Assembly (NCBI GenBank): GCA_003152075.1
Contig: PLZG01000093.1
Coordinates: 15,445-79,444, forward strand
DNA: 64,000 nucleotides
From: a candidate division FCPU426 bacterium
GTDB lineage: Bacteria > Oederibacteriota > Muellerivitia > Muellerivitales > Muellerivitaceae
Direction of reading: 5' to 3'
In this document: positions 27,201-36,316 of the stretch, one piece after another
How positions within the stretch are numbered: the stretch's first letter is position 1
Layout: each line of letters begins with the position of its first letter
Program-made: the position numbers and the translations under genes
The notes under the pieces: model-generated
Told to the model about the DNA's origin: nothing
What the model saw: only the letters and a program-made list of their open reading frames with translations
The model's database searches: none

Positions 27201-27839
27201 GTGGTCCGGATTCATCGCCCTTAAGCGGGAGGGAGCTGTTCTTTCTGGACCCACCATGGCCTGTAGAACCTCATCTCCAATAAGCTTCACTTTTGTTACT
27301 TCGTGGGAAGTGCGAAAACCATCGAAGAAATGGATGAAAGGAAGGCGTGACTCCAGGGTGGCGGCCTGGGCGATCAGCGCGAAGTCCCCGGCCTCCTGGC
27401 CTGAATTGGAACAAAGCATGCCGAATCCCGTGCCCCGGCAGGCCATGACATCGCTATGGTCGCCAAAAATGGAAAGGGCCTGGTAGGCCAGGGACCGGGC
27501 CGTGACGTGGAAAACCGCGGGGGTCAACTCGGCGGCAATCTTGAAAAGGTTTGGGATCATCAGGAGCAGGCCCTGGGAAGCCGTAAAGGTGGTGGTAAAG
27601 GCCCCGGTTTGAAGGGCCCCATGGGCGGCGCCCGCCGCGCCTCCCTCGGATTGCATTTCCATGATCGTCGGGACAACGCCCCAAAAGTTCAAACGGCCCC
27701 CGGCGGCCCATTCATCGCAATATTCCGCCATGCCCGAGGAAGGGGTGATAGGATAGATGGATATCACTTCGTTCAAGCGGTAAGCCACATTGGCCACAGC
27801 CTCGTTTCCATCGATCGTCGTGAATAAGGAATCCTCCAT
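24219..27839 (-). CDS. nifJ: Pyruvate:ferredoxin (flavodoxin) oxidoreductase, single-polypeptide form
   Basis: About 1200 aa. Two ferredoxin-type CxxCxxCxxxCP motifs (CIQCNKCVAVCPHAV, CTGCALCVDVCPVKS). C-terminal TPP-binding GGDGWAYDIG. RBS AGGAGA sits before the Met at 27839, and the start was trimmed from the track ORF accordingly. Confidence 0.95.
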   Translation of the reverse strand: MEDSLFTTIDGNEAVANVAYRLNEVISIYPITPSSGMAEYCDEWAAGGRLNFWGVVPTIMEMQSEGGAAGAAHGALQTGAFTTTFTASQGLLLMIPNLFKIAAELTPAVFHVTARSLAYQALSIFGDHSDVMACRGTGFGMLCSNSGQEAGDFALIAQAATLESRLPFIHFFDGFRTSHEVTKVKLIGDEVLQAMVGPERTAPSRLRAMNPDHPVLRGSTQNPDVFFQGRERANSFYLAVPGIIQKAMDQFARLTGRAYKIYEYHGAPDAERVIVMMGSGAETAHETVDYLQAEGEKVGLLKVRLYRPFDALSFVSALPLGVKSIAVLDRTKESGSMGEPLYLDVLTALSETITAGKAPMKSMPRIIGGRYGLSSKEFTPAMVLGLFDHLKEKSLKGHFTLGINDDVTHTSLPYDEHLSIEPPEVKRALFFGLGSDGTVGANKNTIKIIGENTDLWAQGFFVYDSKKSGSMTTSHLRFGPKSIRSTYLVQQADFVACHQPVFLNRIDMLKDLQPGGSFLLNSASPFEAVWESLPQIVQGHLLAKKAKFFVIDADTVAKQAGMGNRINTIMQVCYFALSGVLPREEAIKAIKKSIEKTYKRKGEKIVNANLQAVDTTLAHLHEVSLAGRKAGVTPFRKAVPDNAPSFVQKVVAAIIRGEGDSLPVSAFPEDGTYPTATAHFEKRDIALEIPVWDEQICIQCNKCVAVCPHAVIRPKVYEPSLLAQAPESFKTAVAKHRDWKGMNYTLQVAPEDCTGCALCVDVCPVKSKTDSTHKAVNMKVQASLVEKEIKNWDFFLTLPEVDRSKINLDMLSQQQFQQPLFEFSGACAGCGETPYIKIVSQLFGDRMLVANATGCSSIYGGNLPTTPWAVNGQGRGPTWCNSLFEDNAEFGLGFRISLDHQTKTATSLLNRLEKEVGKELVESLLKAVQKTDADIEAQRARVSQLKEILKGIPKPEAMELLRLADNLVKKSVWIMGGDGWAYDIGYGGLDHVISTGRNVNILVLDTEVYSNTGGQASKSTPKGAVAKFAAGGKAQAKKDLGLMAMTYGNVYVARVALGANDGQVLKALREAEAFDGPSIVIAYSHCIAHGYDLVNGLKQQKGAVDSGQWVLYRYNPEKMAVGVNPLTVDSGPLKISVKEYEMQENRFKSLTLTKPEEAQKYFEQAQAEAQQRWNYYQYLSKLDPKAFTAGVAAVAQTAPPSVIEKG

Positions 27840-27884
27840 GAACTCTCCTAAAAATAAACCCTCGCCCATTGGCCTTGGTTTTGC

Positions 27885-28000
27885 GGGTACACAGGGGATT
27901 TTCCCTGTGAGAGCCGTTGGGGCGATGGGTAGGGTGAGGGGTGTGACTTCTCGCTATTTCCACCCTCATACCATCCTTCTCCCGTCAAGGGAGAAGGTGA
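27885..28000. repeat. Three consecutive hairpins, including a copy of the GGGTAGGGTGAGGGG repeat family
   Basis: Perfect hairpins CACAGGGGAtttTCCCTGTG (27889-27908) and CTTCTCCCgtcaAGGGAGAAG (27976-27996). Between them GGGTAGGGTGAGGGG ... CCACCCTCATACCATCC can pair imperfectly. The segment is related to both ends of the 19678-19824 element. It lies between the hppA 3' end and the PFOR promoter. Confidence 0.5.
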
Positions 28001-28009
28001 AAACACCAA

Positions 28010-30343
28010 TCAATAACTTTCCGCTTCCTTGCCCAACCTGGCCGAAACAGGCTTCTTGCTTTGACGGTAGCTCCAGATGAGGGCCGCGACCAATAAAACC
28101 ACTATCGACCAACCGACCATTCCCAAAGTTGGATACTGCACCACAATGGGCGCGATGATGACCGAGATCAGGTTGACCACTTTGATCATGGGGTTCAAGG
28201 CTGGACCGGCCGTATCCTTCAAGGGATCCCCTACCGTATCGCCCACCACGCTGGCTTTGTGACGGTCCGAGCCCTTGCCGGTATTACGGGCCGGGTTTCT
28301 CGCCTCATCCTCGATAGCTTTCTTGGCATTGTCCCAGGCCCCGCCCGCGTTTGACATGAAGACCGCTAAAAGCTGGCCGGACAAGATGACGCCCGCCAGG
28401 AATCCGCCTAGGGCTTCCACCTGCAGGAGTAACCCCACCAAAATAGGGGTCAACACACCGAGCAATGCCATGCTGATCAACTCATGCTGGGCCGCGTAGG
28501 TACAAATGGTAACCACATGGTGATAATTGGGCTTCACCTTGCGGGTGAGAACTCCCGCTTTAAACTGTTTACGGACCTCATCCACGATCAAGGCCGCCGC
28601 CCGGCCAACGGCTTTAAGGGCAAAAGCGGAAAAGAGCCAGGGCAGTCCCCCGCCGATGAGCATCCCGATCAAAACCTGCGGATTGGAAACCCGAATACCG
28701 ATCGACACCAATTGTTCCGAGAGGGGCACCTTCATCATTTCCTGGACCGCGCTGACGTTCACGATAAAAGAACCGAAAAGCGCAACCGCCGCGATGACGG
28801 CCGACCCGATGGCCACCCCCTTGGTAACGGCCTTGGTGGAATTGCCTGCCTGATCTAAACCCGTCAAGACCTTGCGGGCTTCCACGGTGACCTTGTCCTT
28901 GCGGTCGCCCCAGGCCATTTCGCCGATGCCGCTGGCGTTATCCGAGATGGGCCCGAAGGAATCCATGGCCACGTTATCGCCGGTGAGGGTCAACATGCCG
29001 ATACCGGTGAGGGCCACACCATATAAGATATAAGTTAGGCGTTCGGCCGCCAGCATTCCCGGGATGGTACCAAAGATGGCCACCGAAACCATGAGGGTGA
29101 CGGCGATAAGGATAATGGCCCAAAAGGTGGATTCAAAACCCACCGACAACCCCGTAATAATTGTCGTCGCCGCTCCGGTATGGGTGGCATCCTTGATCTC
29201 GTTGACCGGGCCCCGCTCCACCTCGGTGAAATAGCTGGTCAGGAAGAAAAGACCAACAGCCAAAGCCACACCCAGGGCGGTCGCCAGCACCGGCCTCCAC
29301 CAGCCGAAGGGCACACTTTGAAGATAGAAGTAGCCAATCAAGCCAAAAAAGAAGACCGAGTTCACGGCGGATATCAGGAAGCCCCGAAGGATAGGGATCA
29401 TGGCGTTGCCCTTGTCCGAGGGACTCGCCTTGACCAAATAGGTTCCTAAAATGGAGGACATGACGCCTACGGCCCGCACCATCAGGGGGAATACCACCCA
29501 CTCCATGCGGCCCGTCAACTGATACAGCGCCAGCCCCAAGATCAATCCTGAAACAATGGTCACCTCATAAGACTCAAAAATATCAGCCGCCATACCGGCG
29601 CAGTCTCCCACATTGTCCCCCACCAGGTCGGCGATAACCGCTGGGTTTCTTGGATCGTCCTCGGGTATACCCGCCTCGATTTTACCCACCAAGTCCGCCC
29701 CAACGTCAGCGGCCTTCGTATAGATACCCCCGCCCACCCTCATGAAAAGGGCAATCAGCGTGCCGCCGAACCCAAAACCCAAAAGCGCGTCAGGGGCCGC
29801 CACTCCCAAAACCATGAAAATAACCGTGCCGCCCAAGAGGCCCAAACCATCGGTGAGCATTCCCGTGAAGGTCCCAGCCCGATAGGCGATGCGCAACGCT
29901 CCGGGAAAGCCTTTGCGGGAAGCCTCGGCCACCCGGACGTTGGCCTGCACCGCCATGCGCATACCCAACTGGCCCACCGCCAGGGAAAAGCCGGCGCCTA
30001 GGAGGAAAGCGAAGGCGCGGGCCAGTCCGATATAAAGCCGGATGTCCTCGGGACTCAAATGGGGAAAACGTAAGAGGGCGTCCTTGGAGGGGGGAACGAT
30101 ATAGACGGAATAAAAAAGGGCAAAAGTTAAGAGGACCATCAAGGGGAGGATGCTTTTCAATTGGCGGCTCAAATAAGCCTTTGCTCCCTCCTCGATAGCC
30201 GCCCAGACTTTCCGCATATCCCCGTCACCCGTGGGTTCCAAAAGAACGTGGCTTCGAAGGTAATAGGCGTAGGCAAGGCCTAAGAGGGAAACCCCCAGGA
30301 TGATCCAAAGGGAGTACTGCTCGAGAAGTGTAAGGCCTTGCAT
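28010..30343 (-). CDS. hppA: Membrane-bound proton (or sodium)-translocating pyrophosphatase
   Basis: 777 aa, about 16 TM. Conserved [20 protein letters not shown] and [11 protein letters not shown] motifs of V-type H+-PPases. Confidence 0.95.
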   Translation of the reverse strand: MQGLTLLEQYSLWIILGVSLLGLAYAYYLRSHVLLEPTGDGDMRKVWAAIEEGAKAYLSRQLKSILPLMVLLTFALFYSVYIVPPSKDALLRFPHLSPEDIRLYIGLARAFAFLLGAGFSLAVGQLGMRMAVQANVRVAEASRKGFPGALRIAYRAGTFTGMLTDGLGLLGGTVIFMVLGVAAPDALLGFGFGGTLIALFMRVGGGIYTKAADVGADLVGKIEAGIPEDDPRNPAVIADLVGDNVGDCAGMAADIFESYEVTIVSGLILGLALYQLTGRMEWVVFPLMVRAVGVMSSILGTYLVKASPSDKGNAMIPILRGFLISAVNSVFFFGLIGYFYLQSVPFGWWRPVLATALGVALAVGLFFLTSYFTEVERGPVNEIKDATHTGAATTIITGLSVGFESTFWAIILIAVTLMVSVAIFGTIPGMLAAERLTYILYGVALTGIGMLTLTGDNVAMDSFGPISDNASGIGEMAWGDRKDKVTVEARKVLTGLDQAGNSTKAVTKGVAIGSAVIAAVALFGSFIVNVSAVQEMMKVPLSEQLVSIGIRVSNPQVLIGMLIGGGLPWLFSAFALKAVGRAAALIVDEVRKQFKAGVLTRKVKPNYHHVVTICTYAAQHELISMALLGVLTPILVGLLLQVEALGGFLAGVILSGQLLAVFMSNAGGAWDNAKKAIEDEARNPARNTGKGSDRHKASVVGDTVGDPLKDTAGPALNPMIKVVNLISVIIAPIVVQYPTLGMVGWSIVVLLVAALIWSYRQSKKPVSARLGKEAESY

Positions 30344-30476
30344 GGAACCGCTCCTTAAAGTAATGATATGAGGCAGAGTCCAGTCGCGAATTTATGGTAC
30401 GGTTTTTCGTTGCCTCATTCTCAAGACAATGGAGAAAGGCGAGCATGACGGCAATCATATTGTTAGCAGGTTGTTG

Positions 30477-30503
30477 AAAAAGTCCGAGAAACGGACTTTT
30501 TCC
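30477..30503. terminator. Bidirectional intrinsic terminator between radical SAM gene and hppA
   Basis: aaaaaGTCCGagaaaCGGACttttt: a GC stem flanked by an A-run and a T-run. Two further hairpins lie at 30510-30552 and 30571-30601. Confidence 0.5.
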
Positions 30504-30656
30504 CATTTACGAACGAGCCACGGATAAAAAATCCAGTTTTAGCGGCTCGTTCTATCCCATGGCTGTCGACAAGGAGCTGAAAAAAATTTCAGCTCCTTGT
30601 TAAGAAGATTCGGTTCTTAAGCGGTGATCCTATTTCACTTAGAAAATCTTTATGGA

Positions 30657-32291
30657 TTAATGAATCGGCGTTGGGCTTAAGAAAGGAAACAAGGCTGGCG
30701 TTTGGCTGAGACGGTGGCGCGGATCCCCTTCCTTTTCTAAGACTGACATCTCATTATCCAACCGATCCAAGACAAAATCCCGGAACGTCCCGAAGTGAAG
30801 ATAAAGGGCCATCAGGGAAACGGCGTTCCGCAAGGCCCGGGGATTCCGGAACAGACAGGTGATCAGCACTTTCCAGAATTGAACCCGGGTTTCTTTGGCC
30901 ATACCAAGTTTAAGAATTAAGCGGTAGAGTGAACGAATATCCCGCAAATGATGGCGCAACGGAATTTTTAACCGTTTTTTGGAGCAGTCCTGCATCAGAG
31001 CCAACCGCAAGACCCTTCCAAAATATTTCTCAGGAAGCAGTGCTTCCTTCACGACCCGCCGGAAATCCTTGAGGATGTTGAACCTGGGCCGTAGGGTGGT
31101 GAAGTTCAACCCCGCAACGCATTGGCAGGCGGTTTTATCAGGTGGGACTTCGAAATCCGCGTCCAATCTGCCTTCCCTTTCAAGCCGCCGGGTGAGCTGG
31201 GTTTTAGGGAGCGCGAAAAGAAGGCCCACCATGTTGACGGGTATGGAAGTGGCTTCGATATTGTCCAGGATGGCCTGGGCCACATCGCCCTTTTCCCCGT
31301 CGAACCCCATGATGTAGCCGGCGTTCACGATCATGCCGTGCCGCATGATCTTGTGGATACTGCCGGCGATGGACCGGTGGGTGTTCTGCCTTTTCTGGGT
31401 GGCCTTCAGGGTCTCCTCGTCCGGGTTCTCGATACCTACAAACAACCAGTTGAACCCCGCCTCCTGCATGAGGTTCATCAACTCCTCGTCGTCGGCCAGG
31501 TTCATGGAGGCCTCGGTGCTGAACTCAAAGGGCCAGTCGTGGTCCTTGAGCCACTGGATGATCTGGGGCAATAGAAGTTTCACTTCTTTTTTATTGCCGA
31601 TGAAATTGTCGTCCACGATGTCAATATGTCCCCGGTAGCCCAGGTCATAAAGGTTTTGAAGTTCGGCCATGACTTGATGGGCGGGTTTGCCCCGGGGAAC
31701 CCGGCCGAAAAGCTCAATGATGTCGCAGAACTCGCACATAAAGGGACATCCCCGGTTCCATTGAATGCCGACGTGCAAATAGTTATCGAACTTGAGCAGG
31801 TCGAATCGCGGCGTGGGACTCTCAGCCATGGCGGCCCTTGTTTCCCCCGCTTTGTAAAGATGCTGGGCTTCACCCTTGGCAAAATCGCTGAGGAACTGGG
31901 GCATGGTCACTTCGGCCTCGCCGAGAATCAGATAGTCGGCTTTGTCGTAAAGATGGGGGCTGGAAGTGGCGTCCGGGCCACCCACAACAACGGTCTTTCC
32001 TTGTGAATGAAAATAGTCAATGAGATGCAAATGGTCCGGCTGTTGGGCGATCATCCCTCCCAGGAATATCATGTCGGCCCATTCCACGTCCCGGCCGTCC
32101 AGTTCCTCGGCGTTAAGGTCGGCCAGCCTGACTTCCCATTCGGGCGGAAGCATGGCGGCAACGGTTATAAGGCCCAGGGGGGCGGCCGGATATTTGGCTC
32201 CCACCACCTCGCAGGTGGCCCGGTAATTCCAGAAGGATTGGGAAGTGAAATGGGGATAAACAAACAAGCATCGGGGCGGACTTCTCATCAT
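30657..32291 (-). CDS. Class B (B12-binding) radical SAM protein with DUF4070-like C-terminal region
   Basis: N-terminal cobalamin-binding Rossmann region. CxxxCxxC radical SAM motif (CPFMCEFC). The length is typical of HpnP/BchE-like methyltransferases, but the specific function cannot be assigned. Confidence 0.75.
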   Translation of the reverse strand: MMRSPPRCLFVYPHFTSQSFWNYRATCEVVGAKYPAAPLGLITVAAMLPPEWEVRLADLNAEELDGRDVEWADMIFLGGMIAQQPDHLHLIDYFHSQGKTVVVGGPDATSSPHLYDKADYLILGEAEVTMPQFLSDFAKGEAQHLYKAGETRAAMAESPTPRFDLLKFDNYLHVGIQWNRGCPFMCEFCDIIELFGRVPRGKPAHQVMAELQNLYDLGYRGHIDIVDDNFIGNKKEVKLLLPQIIQWLKDHDWPFEFSTEASMNLADDEELMNLMQEAGFNWLFVGIENPDEETLKATQKRQNTHRSIAGSIHKIMRHGMIVNAGYIMGFDGEKGDVAQAILDNIEATSIPVNMVGLLFALPKTQLTRRLEREGRLDADFEVPPDKTACQCVAGLNFTTLRPRFNILKDFRRVVKEALLPEKYFGRVLRLALMQDCSKKRLKIPLRHHLRDIRSLYRLILKLGMAKETRVQFWKVLITCLFRNPRALRNAVSLMALYLHFGTFRDFVLDRLDNEMSVLEKEGDPRHRLSQTPALFPFLSPTPIH

Positions 32292-32425
32292 AACGTTTCC
32301 TTTCAAATCTCGGGCATAACTTTGGAAAAACACAATGTCCGCGGATATTGAAACACGATCGGACGATCATCGAACATGATATGAATCACTTACGCTATTT
32401 TGCACAGGGTGGGGCGGTCGGAATT

Positions 32426-33088
32426 TCAGGCTTTTTCCGGTAACACGTAAACCAATATAGCGAAATAATGAAAAAGACTTCCCGCCAGGACGAACAGGTG
32501 CCAAATAGCGTGGCTGTAATAAAACCTTTCCCGGTGGTAAAAGACAGTTCCGAAGGTGTAACTGATTCCCCCTAAAACCAGCAGGACCATTCCCCCCAAT
32601 GGAAGGTTTGCCACGAGGGGCTTGAAAGCCAACAGCGCCATCCAACCCAGCCCGATATAGAGAAAGGTGGAAAATATCCGGTGGCGTCCGGTAAAAAATA
32701 ATTTGTAAACAATTCCAAGTATCCCCAGTCCCCATACCACACCAAAGAGGGACCATCCCCAGGGGCCCCTTAAAGTCACCAGAGTAAAGGGGGTATAGGT
32801 TCCCGCAATGAGAAGGAAAATAGCCGAATGGTCCAGAGTCTCAAAAAACCGCTTGGCCCCAGGCGACCGGAAACTGTGGTAAAGGGTGGCAATCAAATAC
32901 AGAAAAAAAAGCGTCCCACCGTAAACGCTGAAACTGACAATGTGCCAGGCATTCCCTTTGAGGCAGGCCAGGACGATCAACAAGGCAGTTCCAACCCCCA
33001 CCAAGACCGCACCCGCGCCCGCCGTTAAGCGATTAGCCATCTCCTGCTTGCGTGTATATATGTGAGTAAAAGCAGTCGCGGTCGTCAT
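32426..33088 (-). CDS. Hemolysin III / PAQR family 7-TM membrane protein
   Basis: Seven TM helices. HSAIFLLIAGTYTPF and C-terminal HxxxH (..HAIWHLFV..) motifs of the HlyIII/YqfA family. Confidence 0.8.
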   Translation of the reverse strand: MTTATAFTHIYTRKQEMANRLTAGAGAVLVGVGTALLIVLACLKGNAWHIVSFSVYGGTLFFLYLIATLYHSFRSPGAKRFFETLDHSAIFLLIAGTYTPFTLVTLRGPWGWSLFGVVWGLGILGIVYKLFFTGRHRIFSTFLYIGLGWMALLAFKPLVANLPLGGMVLLVLGGISYTFGTVFYHRERFYYSHAIWHLFVLAGSLFHYFAILVYVLPEKA

Positions 33089-33103
33089 GAGTGGTTTTTA
33101 TCC

Positions 33104-34471
33104 TTATTCCTTCGGGGTTAGCCGGACAATAACGCCCGACTTATAGGGCGTGATCGTGTGCTTATTGGGGATGGAGGCATAGTTGGTCCAGACGTTGCCC
33201 TTCCCGTCAAAGACCATGGTTCGGGTATAAGCTCCGGCCCTGGGGAGACGGAAAACAGTGAATTTGTAGGTCTTAGGATCGATGCGGTAAAGACTGTCCG
33301 AACCACAGCCGGTGGCCCAAAGATTGCCAGTGAACCGGTCTCGGCGGATGCAATAAACGTAATCCCCCGGAATGGGCAATGGCAGCTGTTTCACTATTTT
33401 CTTTTGATGGGTGTCGTAGAGGGTAATTTCACCCGAGCCCAATTGGGGAATCCAAAGGCGATCCTCCTCGTCAATGGCCAAACGTTTGGGACCGGCCCAG
33501 GGTTCGAAGATGTCGAGCAATTCGGATTTGCCGGTCTGGGGGTCCAACCAACCCAGGCGGTTGCCGTGGGTTTCGGTAAACCAAATCAACCCGGTTGAAT
33601 CAGCCACAGCCGCGTAGGTATGGACGGCAGCCTCCTCCATCCCCTCCCGGTGCTGAACCGGGAAAACCGTGACCTTTCCGGTTTTGGGGTTGGTTCGGCA
33701 GAGGATTTCCTTATTAAAGTGCGTGGTCCAGAAGCATCCGTCCTTGTCGTGGTAAATGAACCGGTTTTTATCCAACACGAAATACTGGACGCTTCCCCCC
33801 TTGGGATATCCGGAAAAAATCTTAAAGGTTTTTTTTGCGGGGTCAAACCGCGCGACCTTTTCGGCTTTGGTCAGGCAGATCCAAAGCATTCCTTCCTCAT
33901 CCACGTCAATGGCGTGGGCTCCGGCAGGTTTGCCCTTGGCCACACCGGCAGGTATGGGGTATTGCTCAATGGCCCCCGTTTCGGGGTCTATTCCGTAGAG
34001 AATATTGCCGAAGTAATCGGCAATCCAGGCCCTTCCCCCAGCCAGGGCCATGTCATGGTAAAAACCCTCGAAGGCGCCCAAGGGATATTCCTTAATATCC
34101 GCCTTGGCGGTGTGGATTCGAAAACCCTCCTCAGGAAGCTTGGAATGTTCCCCCAACCAATTGGGTAATTCCATGTCGTAGTTGAAGGGGATTAGTTTCA
34201 GTTCCAAATCATCGTCGAGTTTTTTCATCTTTAGATAGGCTTGGTTCCAAGCCTCGGCAGTCGGGGCATAGGCCGCGGGAAGGCCCAAGGGGTGGCAGGC
34301 GGTACAACAGACCACCACTTTACGCCTCATTTCGGTGTTAGGAATACTGGCGATCCAGTCACAGGAACGGGGAATTTCTCTCATGCCACAGCCGGATGTA
34401 AACAGGAATAAGAGGCTTATCAACCCCAATAATCCAACTCCGCCTCGCCCCAACCGCTGTCCCTGGATCAA
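33104..34471 (-). CDS. Lipoprotein with N-terminal monohaem cytochrome c motif fused to a Vgb/NHL-like beta-propeller
   Basis: Signal peptide with lipobox (LFLFTSGC). CxxCH (CTACH) about 30 aa into the mature protein. The remaining ~380 aa has repeated ..G.IW.T.....L.R.DP.TG.. blades resembling virginiamycin-B-lyase / streptogramin-lyase-type propellers. Confidence 0.55.
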   Translation of the reverse strand: MIQGQRLGRGGVGLLGLISLLFLFTSGCGMREIPRSCDWIASIPNTEMRRKVVVCCTACHPLGLPAAYAPTAEAWNQAYLKMKKLDDDLELKLIPFNYDMELPNWLGEHSKLPEEGFRIHTAKADIKEYPLGAFEGFYHDMALAGGRAWIADYFGNILYGIDPETGAIEQYPIPAGVAKGKPAGAHAIDVDEEGMLWICLTKAEKVARFDPAKKTFKIFSGYPKGGSVQYFVLDKNRFIYHDKDGCFWTTHFNKEILCRTNPKTGKVTVFPVQHREGMEEAAVHTYAAVADSTGLIWFTETHGNRLGWLDPQTGKSELLDIFEPWAGPKRLAIDEEDRLWIPQLGSGEITLYDTHQKKIVKQLPLPIPGDYVYCIRRDRFTGNLWATGCGSDSLYRIDPKTYKFTVFRLPRAGAYTRTMVFDGKGNVWTNYASIPNKHTITPYKSGVIVRLTPKE

Positions 34472-34728
34472 AAAAGCCTCCTGTTTGCGGGCCGCAAAAA
34501 TAAATTAAGCTTCAAAGCGGCCCTGCGACCCCTAAAATTCCGCAGGAATTTGGGGATTACTTTGAATGTTTTCGGAAAAAGCCCAACGCGGTTGGACTTT
34601 TTCAATTTACAAATAGACCCCCCAGGCTGATATACATCATATTTCTCGGGAGCCATTTAACCTTTAATACGGCAGGGTTAATTGTCCTTGGAAGGGGACG
34701 GGCCCACAATCAACCCCGGGGGTGGAAA

Positions 34729-35235
34729 ATGATCACTTGGTTCCAGGAAGCATTGAGGAAAAGTCACACCAGCATTTGTTTGCTGAGGAAGGGCAACAAG
34801 GTCTTCTATCAAAATTCAGTTTGTAAAAAACTTTGTGGGAATTTTTCAGGAAAGGATTGCCCCCAAACTTGCGTCTCCTCTTGCGAGAAAAGTCTGGGAC
34901 GGCCCTTGGGCGAGGATGGCATCGAACACTTCTCCAACAACAAGGTCGGCAACGAGTTTTTTGACGCTCTTTTCTTCAATGCTCTTCCCTATCGAATGGT
35001 CCTTTTGTATCCTCTTCAGCAAAAATACGACGCTTGGCTCAAACGGTTCAAAGACAAGAACCTAAGCCGGAGGGAATTGGAAATCGCGAACCTTTGCATT
35101 CAGGGATTCACCAACTCCCGGATTATCAAAAGACTTTCGATTTCAAAAGCCACGTTGAAAACCCACTTGAACAACATCTACAAAAAAATGCCCGAGGCCC
35201 GTTCTGAATCCTGGCGCAGGTATACAGCGGCCTGA
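34729..35235 (+). CDS. LuxR/GerE-family transcriptional regulator with Cys-rich N-terminal domain
   Basis: C-terminal HTH (..LSRRELEIANLCIQGFTNSRIIKRLSISKATLKTHLNNIYKKM..). N-terminal C-x14-C-x3-C-x7-C-x3-C-x3-C cluster (CLL..CKKLCGNFSGKDCPQTCVSSC). Confidence 0.65.
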   Translation: MITWFQEALRKSHTSICLLRKGNKVFYQNSVCKKLCGNFSGKDCPQTCVSSCEKSLGRPLGEDGIEHFSNNKVGNEFFDALFFNALPYRMVLLYPLQQKYDAWLKRFKDKNLSRRELEIANLCIQGFTNSRIIKRLSISKATLKTHLNNIYKKMPEARSESWRRYTAA

Positions 35236-35259
35236 CAGCGAAAAATTAAGGGAGGTTGT

Positions 35260-36303
35260 TTGAAAGAGACCGTAATCACCGTGCTACCCATGGCCACGGC
35301 CAAAAGGATTGTGCAAGACCTGTTCAAGCCGAATCCGCTCCTCTATTGGTCGGATTTTTTATTCTTCGACCTTTTGGGTTGGGCCGCTTTCATCTTAGCC
35401 GTAAGGGCGAATAACTTTTCCCCTTTACAGTTGTCCGCCTTGATCGTGGCGGGCTTTGCCTTCTATCGGTCCGTCCTTTTCGTGCATGAGTTGTCCCATT
35501 TTAAAAAGGGGACGTTCCGGCTTTTCCATTTCGTTTGGAACCTCCTTTGTGGTTTCCCGCTCACGATTCCATCTTTTATTTACATAGGAGTCCACACCGA
35601 GCATCACAAACAGTCGGTTTATGGGACGAAGGACGATCCCGAGTATTTCGCCTTCGCTTTGGCGAAGCCCTACCGGATTCCCCTCTTCCCCCTGACCATG
35701 TTGGTGGCACCCGCTTTCTTTCTCCTCCGGTTCCTGATCCTGACCCCGCTCTCCTATGTTTTCTATCCCCTCCGTAAGCCCCTATGGGTTTTTGCTTCCC
35801 ACCTAGCGGCGGGAGGCACTTACCGGCGGCCCCTACCCAACCCAAAGGAAAAATGGGAAGCTGCCATCCAGGAATTCATGACTTTCGCCTACCTGGCCAC
35901 TGCTTTCACTTTGATGGTGAAGGGAATCCTTCCCTGGAAGGTGCTGGGCGTTTGGTACTTCATGGCTGGATTCATATTGGTCTTCAACTCCCTGAGAAGC
36001 CTTGCCGCCCATTGCGACAGGAACCCCCCCGACCATGTGATGACTTTCGAAGAGCAAATCCGGGATTCCACCGATATTCCCGGCAATCCCCTCACCACGC
36101 CCCTTTGGGCTCCGGTGGGACTTCGGTTCCATGCAACCCATCACCTGTTCACCGGTATTCCTTATCATTCCCTTGGCGAGGCCCATCGGAGGTTGATGCG
36201 GGAGCTTCCCAAAAACAGCGTCTATTCCCAGACCTTCCGTAAAAGTTTATGGAGTGCCGTGGGTCAATTGTGGAAGGAAGCCAGCCTAAACAGCGTGAAA
36301 TAA
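35260..36303 (+). CDS. Membrane fatty-acid desaturase / hydroxylase family di-iron enzyme
   Basis: His boxes HELSH, HTEHH and HATHH with 4-6 TM helices. Distinct from the delta-9 enzyme at 11061. Confidence 0.75.
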   Translation: MKETVITVLPMATAKRIVQDLFKPNPLLYWSDFLFFDLLGWAAFILAVRANNFSPLQLSALIVAGFAFYRSVLFVHELSHFKKGTFRLFHFVWNLLCGFPLTIPSFIYIGVHTEHHKQSVYGTKDDPEYFAFALAKPYRIPLFPLTMLVAPAFFLLRFLILTPLSYVFYPLRKPLWVFASHLAAGGTYRRPLPNPKEKWEAAIQEFMTFAYLATAFTLMVKGILPWKVLGVWYFMAGFILVFNSLRSLAAHCDRNPPDHVMTFEEQIRDSTDIPGNPLTTPLWAPVGLRFHATHHLFTGIPYHSLGEAHRRLMRELPKNSVYSQTFRKSLWSAVGQLWKEASLNSVK

Positions 36304-36316
36304 ACTTCGGTTGTTT

